Part shown: piece after piece, positions 59,945 through 64,000 of the stretch
Position numbering within the stretch: the stretch's first letter is position 1
How the letters are laid out: every line of letters starts with the position of its first letter
Origin: Nemertoderma westbladi
Taxonomy: Eukaryota; Animalia; Xenacoelomorpha
NCBI GenBank assembly: GCA_032718475.1
Contig: JAUCBJ010006637.1
Location: 62,001-126,000, forward strand
Direction of reading: 5' to 3'
Length of the DNA stretch: 64,000 bases
Translations under genes and position numbers: made by a program
Notes under the pieces: generated by a model
Seen by the model: the letters and a program-made list of their open reading frames with translations, nothing else
Told to the model about the DNA's origin: nothing
Database searches by the model: none

Positions 59945-62900
59945 CCTGTGGGATGAGCACCCGGCACCTGTCGTTCTGTACACCCACACACCTACCTGGT
60001 AAGGCGCTGTCTGGAGTGAGCACCCGGCACCTGCCGTTCTGTACACCCACACACCTACCTGGTAAGGCGCTGTCTGTAGTGAGCACCCGGCACCTGCCGT
60101 TCTGTACACCCATACACCTACCTGGTAAGGCGCTGTCTGGAGTGAGCACCCGGCACTTGCCGTTCTGTACACCCACACACCTACCTGGTAAGGCGCTGTC
60201 TGTAGTGAGCACCCGGCACCTGCCGTTCTGTACACCCATACACCTACCTGGTAAGGCGCTGTCTGGAGTGAGCACCCGGCACCTGCCGTTCTGTACACCC
60301 ACATACCTACCTGGCAAGGCGCTGTCTGGAGTGAGCACCCGGCACCTGCCGTTCTGTACACCCACACACCTACCTGGTAAGGCGCTGTCTGTAGTGAGCA
60401 CCCGGCACCTGTCGTTCTGTACACCCACACACCTACCTGGTAAGGCGCTGTCTGGAGTGAGCACCCGGCACCTGTCGTTCTGTACACCCACACACCTACC
60501 TGGTAAGGCGCTGGCTGGAGTGAGCACCCGGCACCTGCCGTTCTGTACACCCACATACCTGCCTGGTAAGGCGCTGTCTGTAGTGAGCACCCGGCACCTG
60601 CCGTTCTGTACACCCACACACCTACCTGGTAAGGCGCTGGCTGGAGTGAGCACCCGGCACCTGCCGTTCTGTACACCCACACACTTACCTGGTAAGGCGC
60701 TGTCTGGAGTGAGCACCCGGCACCTGTCGTTCTGTACACCCACACATCTACCTTGGAAGGCGCTGTCTGGAGTGAGCACCCGGCACCTGTCGTTCTGTAC
60801 ACCCACACACTTACCTGGTAAGGCGCTGTCTGGAGTGAGCACCCGGCACCTGCCGTTCTGTACACCCACACACCTACCTGGTAAGGCGCTGGCTGGAGTG
60901 AGCACCCGGCACCTGCCGTTCTGTACACCCACACACTTACCTGGTAAGGCGCTGTCTGGAGTGAGCACCCGGCACCTGCCGTTCTGTACACCCACACACC
61001 TACCTGGCAAGGCGCTGTCTGGAGTGAGCACCCGGCACCTGCCGTTCTGTACACCCACACACTTACCTGGTAAGGCGCTGTCTGGAGTGAGCACCCGGCA
61101 CCTGCCGTTCTGTACACCCACACACTTACCTGGTAAGGCGCTGTCTGGAGTGAGCACCCGGCACCTGCCGTTCTGTACACCCACACACTTACCTGGTAAG
61201 GCGCTGTCTGGAGTGAGCACCCGGCACCTGCCGTTCTGTACACCCACACACTTACCTGGTAAGGCGCTGTCTGGAGTGAGCACCCGGCACCTGCCGTTCT
61301 GTACACCCACACATCTACCTGGTAAGGCGCTGTCTGGAGTGAGCACCCGGCACCTGTCGTTCTGTACACCCACACACCTACCTGGTAAGGCGCTGTCTGT
61401 AGTGAGCACCCGGCACCTGTCGTTCTGTACACCCACACACCTACCTGGTAAGGCGCTGTCTGGAGTGAGCACCCGGCACCTGTCGTTCTGTACACCCACA
61501 CACCTACCTGGTAAGGCGCTGGCTGGAGTGAGCACCCGGCACCTGCCGTTCTGTACACCCACATACCTGCCTGGTAAGGCGCTGTCTGTAGTGAGCACCC
61601 GGCACCTGCCGTTCTGTACACCCACACACCTACCTGGTAAGGCGCTGGCTGGAGTGAGCACCCGGCACCTGCCGTTCTGTACACCCACACACTTACCTGG
61701 TAAGGCGCTGTCTGGAGTGAGCACCCGGCACCTGTCGTTCTGTACACCCACACATCTACCTTGGAAGGCGCTGTCTGGAGTGAGCACCCGGCACCTGTCG
61801 TTCTGTACACCCACACACTTACCTGGTAAGGCGCTGTCTGGAGTGAGCACCCGGCACCTGCCGTTCTGTACACCCACACACCTACCTGGTAAGGCGCTGG
61901 CTGGAGTGAGCACCCGGCACCTGCCGTTCTGTACACCCACACACTTACCTGGTAAGGCGCTGTCTGGAGTGAGCACCCGGCACCTGCCGTTCTGTACACC
62001 CACACACTTACCTGGTAAGGCGCTGTCTGGAGTGAGCACCCGGCACCTGCCGTTCTGTACACCCACACATCTACCTGGTAAGGCGCTGTCTGGAGTGAGC
62101 ACCCGGCACCTGTCGTTCTGTACACCCACACACCTACCTGGTAAGGCGCTGGCTGGAGTGAGCACCCGGCACCTGCCGTTCTGTACACCCACACACCTAC
62201 CTGGTAAGGCGCTGTCTGGAGTGAGCACCCGGCACCTGCTGCCGTTCTGTACACCCACACACTTACCTGGTAAGGCGCTGTCTGCAGTGAGCACCCGGCA
62301 CCTGCCGTTCTGTACACCCACACACTTACCTGGTAAGGCGCTGTCTGGAGTGAGCACCCGGCACCTGTCGTTCTGTACACCCACACACCTACCTGGTAAG
62401 GCGCTGTCTGCAGTGAGCACCCGGCACCTGCCGTTCTGTACACCCACACACTTACCTGGTAAGGCGCTGTCTGGAGTGAGCACCCGGCACCTGTCGTTCT
62501 GTACACCCACACACCTACCTGGTAAGGCGCTGTCTGGAGTGAGCACCCGGCACCTGCCGTTCTGTACACCCACACACCTACCTGGTAAGGCGCTGGCTGG
62601 AGTGAGCACCCGGCACCTGCCGTTCTGTACACCCACATACCTGCCTGGTAAGGCGCTGTCTGGAGTGAGCACCCGGCACCTGCCGTTCTGTACACCCACA
62701 CACCTACCTGGTAAGGCGCTGTCTGGAGTGAGCACCCGGCACCTGTCGTTCTGTACACCCACACACTTACCTGGTAAGGCGCTGTCTGGAGTGAGCACCC
62801 GGCACCTGTCGTTCTGTACACCCACACACTTACCTGGTAAGGCGCTGTCTGGAGTGAGCACCCGGCACCTGCCGTTCTGTACACCCACACACTTACCTGG

Positions 62901-64000
62901 TAAGGCGCTGTCTGGAGTGAGCACCCGGCACCTGTCGTTCTGTACACCCACACACTTACCTGGTAAGGCGCTGTCTGGAGTGAGCACCCGGCACCTGTCG
63001 TTCTGTACACCCACACACCTACCTGGTAAGGCGCTGTCTGGAGTGAGCACCCGGCACCTGTCCGTTCTGTACACCCACACACTTACCTGGTAAGGCGCTG
63101 TCTGCAGTGAGCACCCGGCACCTGTCGTTCTGTACACCCACACACCTACCTGGTAAGGCGCTGTCTGGAGTGAGCACCCGGCACCTGTCGTTCTGTACAC
63201 CCACACACCTACCTGGTAAGGCGCTGTCTGGAGTGAGCACCCGGCACCTGCCGTTCTGTACACCCACACACCTACCTGGTAAGGCGCTGTCTGGAGTGAG
63301 CACCCGGCACCTGCCGTTCTGTACACCCACACACCTACCTGGTAAGGCGCTGTCTGGAGTGAGCACCCGGCACCTGCCGTTCTGTACACCCACACACCTA
63401 CCTGGTAAGGCGCTGTCTGGAGTGAGCACCCGGCACCTGTCGTTCTGTACACCCACACACCTACCTGGTAAGGCGCTGTCTGGAGTGAGCACCCGGCACC
63501 TGCCGTTCTGTACACCCACACACCTACCTGGTAAGGCGCTGTCTGGAGTGAGCACCCGGCACCTGTCGTTCTGTACACCCACACACCTACCTGGTAAGGC
63601 GCTGTCTGGAGTGAGCACCCGGCACCTGCCGTTCTGTACACCCACACACCTACCTGGTAAGGCGCTGTCTGGAGTGAGCACCCGGCACCTGTCGTTCTGT
63701 ACACCCACACACCTACCTGGTAAGGCGCTGTCTGGAGTGAGCACCCGGCACCTGCCGTTCTGTACACCCACACACCTACCTGGTAAGGCGCTGTCTGGAG
63801 TGAGCACCCGGCACCTGTCGTTCTGTACACCCACACACCTACCTGGTAAGGCGCTGTCTGGAGTGAGCACCCGGCACCTGTCGTTCTGTACACCCACACA
63901 CCTACCTGGTAAGGCGCTGTCTGGAGTGAGCACCCGGCACCTGCCGTTCTGTACACCCACACACCTACCTGGTAAGGCGCTGTCTGGAGTGAGCACCCGG
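59945..64000. repeat. 63-bp minisatellite, 64 or more copies, runs off the window end; each unit has a minus-strand CAG|GTA(G/A)GT donor
   Basis: GAGCAC at 59955 and 60018; variant CCTTGGAAGG at 60751 and 61759 (1008 bp = 16 units). Confidence 0.98.

Noticed and set aside
59919-63996. 1347-, 1046- and 1046-aa ORFs as stand-alone genes
   Set aside because: Stop-free 63-bp unit is open on both strands; treated as a donor array instead.
18055-64000. CRISPR-like appearance of regular repeats
   Set aside because: All arrays are head-to-tail without unique spacers; no cas genes; eukaryotic context.

Overview
Repeat-rich, AT-rich eukaryotic (animal, probably invertebrate) genomic DNA with GT-AG spliceosomal genes; no prokaryotic features and no CRISPR array. 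I assembled the gene models by hand from splice sites and reading phase: an intronless MTAP (-), a 4-exon CTHRC1-like secreted short-collagen gene (+) head-to-head with it, a 5-exon MIC19/CHCHD3-like MICOS gene (-), the last two exons of a GRAMD4-like gene (-), an orphan 569-aa repeat ORF whose N-terminus resembles the PDE5/10/11 N-terminal helices, and a weak multi-exon candidate (-, ~17.9-30.8 kb). Mobile DNA includes an apparently intact Kolobok-type transposon with TTAA TSD, five RTE-like LINE copies or fragments, several non-autonomous TIR elements and tRNA-derived SINE-like heads. About a third of the window is minisatellite, and most long ORFs in the supplied track are by-products of these arrays. 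The most unusual observation is that several multi-kb arrays are tandem amplifications of a gene's own splice junction: about 50 copies of the GRAMD4 terminal-exon acceptor (a mix of live AG and dead AT copies), 64 or more copies of an inferred in-frame GRAMD4 donor, and about 41 copies of a putative donor in the candidate gene. A LINE TSD also duplicates a MIC19 donor. The window also shows many short palindromic insertions (TACCGGTA, TAGGCCTA, TACTGTA). Family assignments come from recalled motifs, not database searches.
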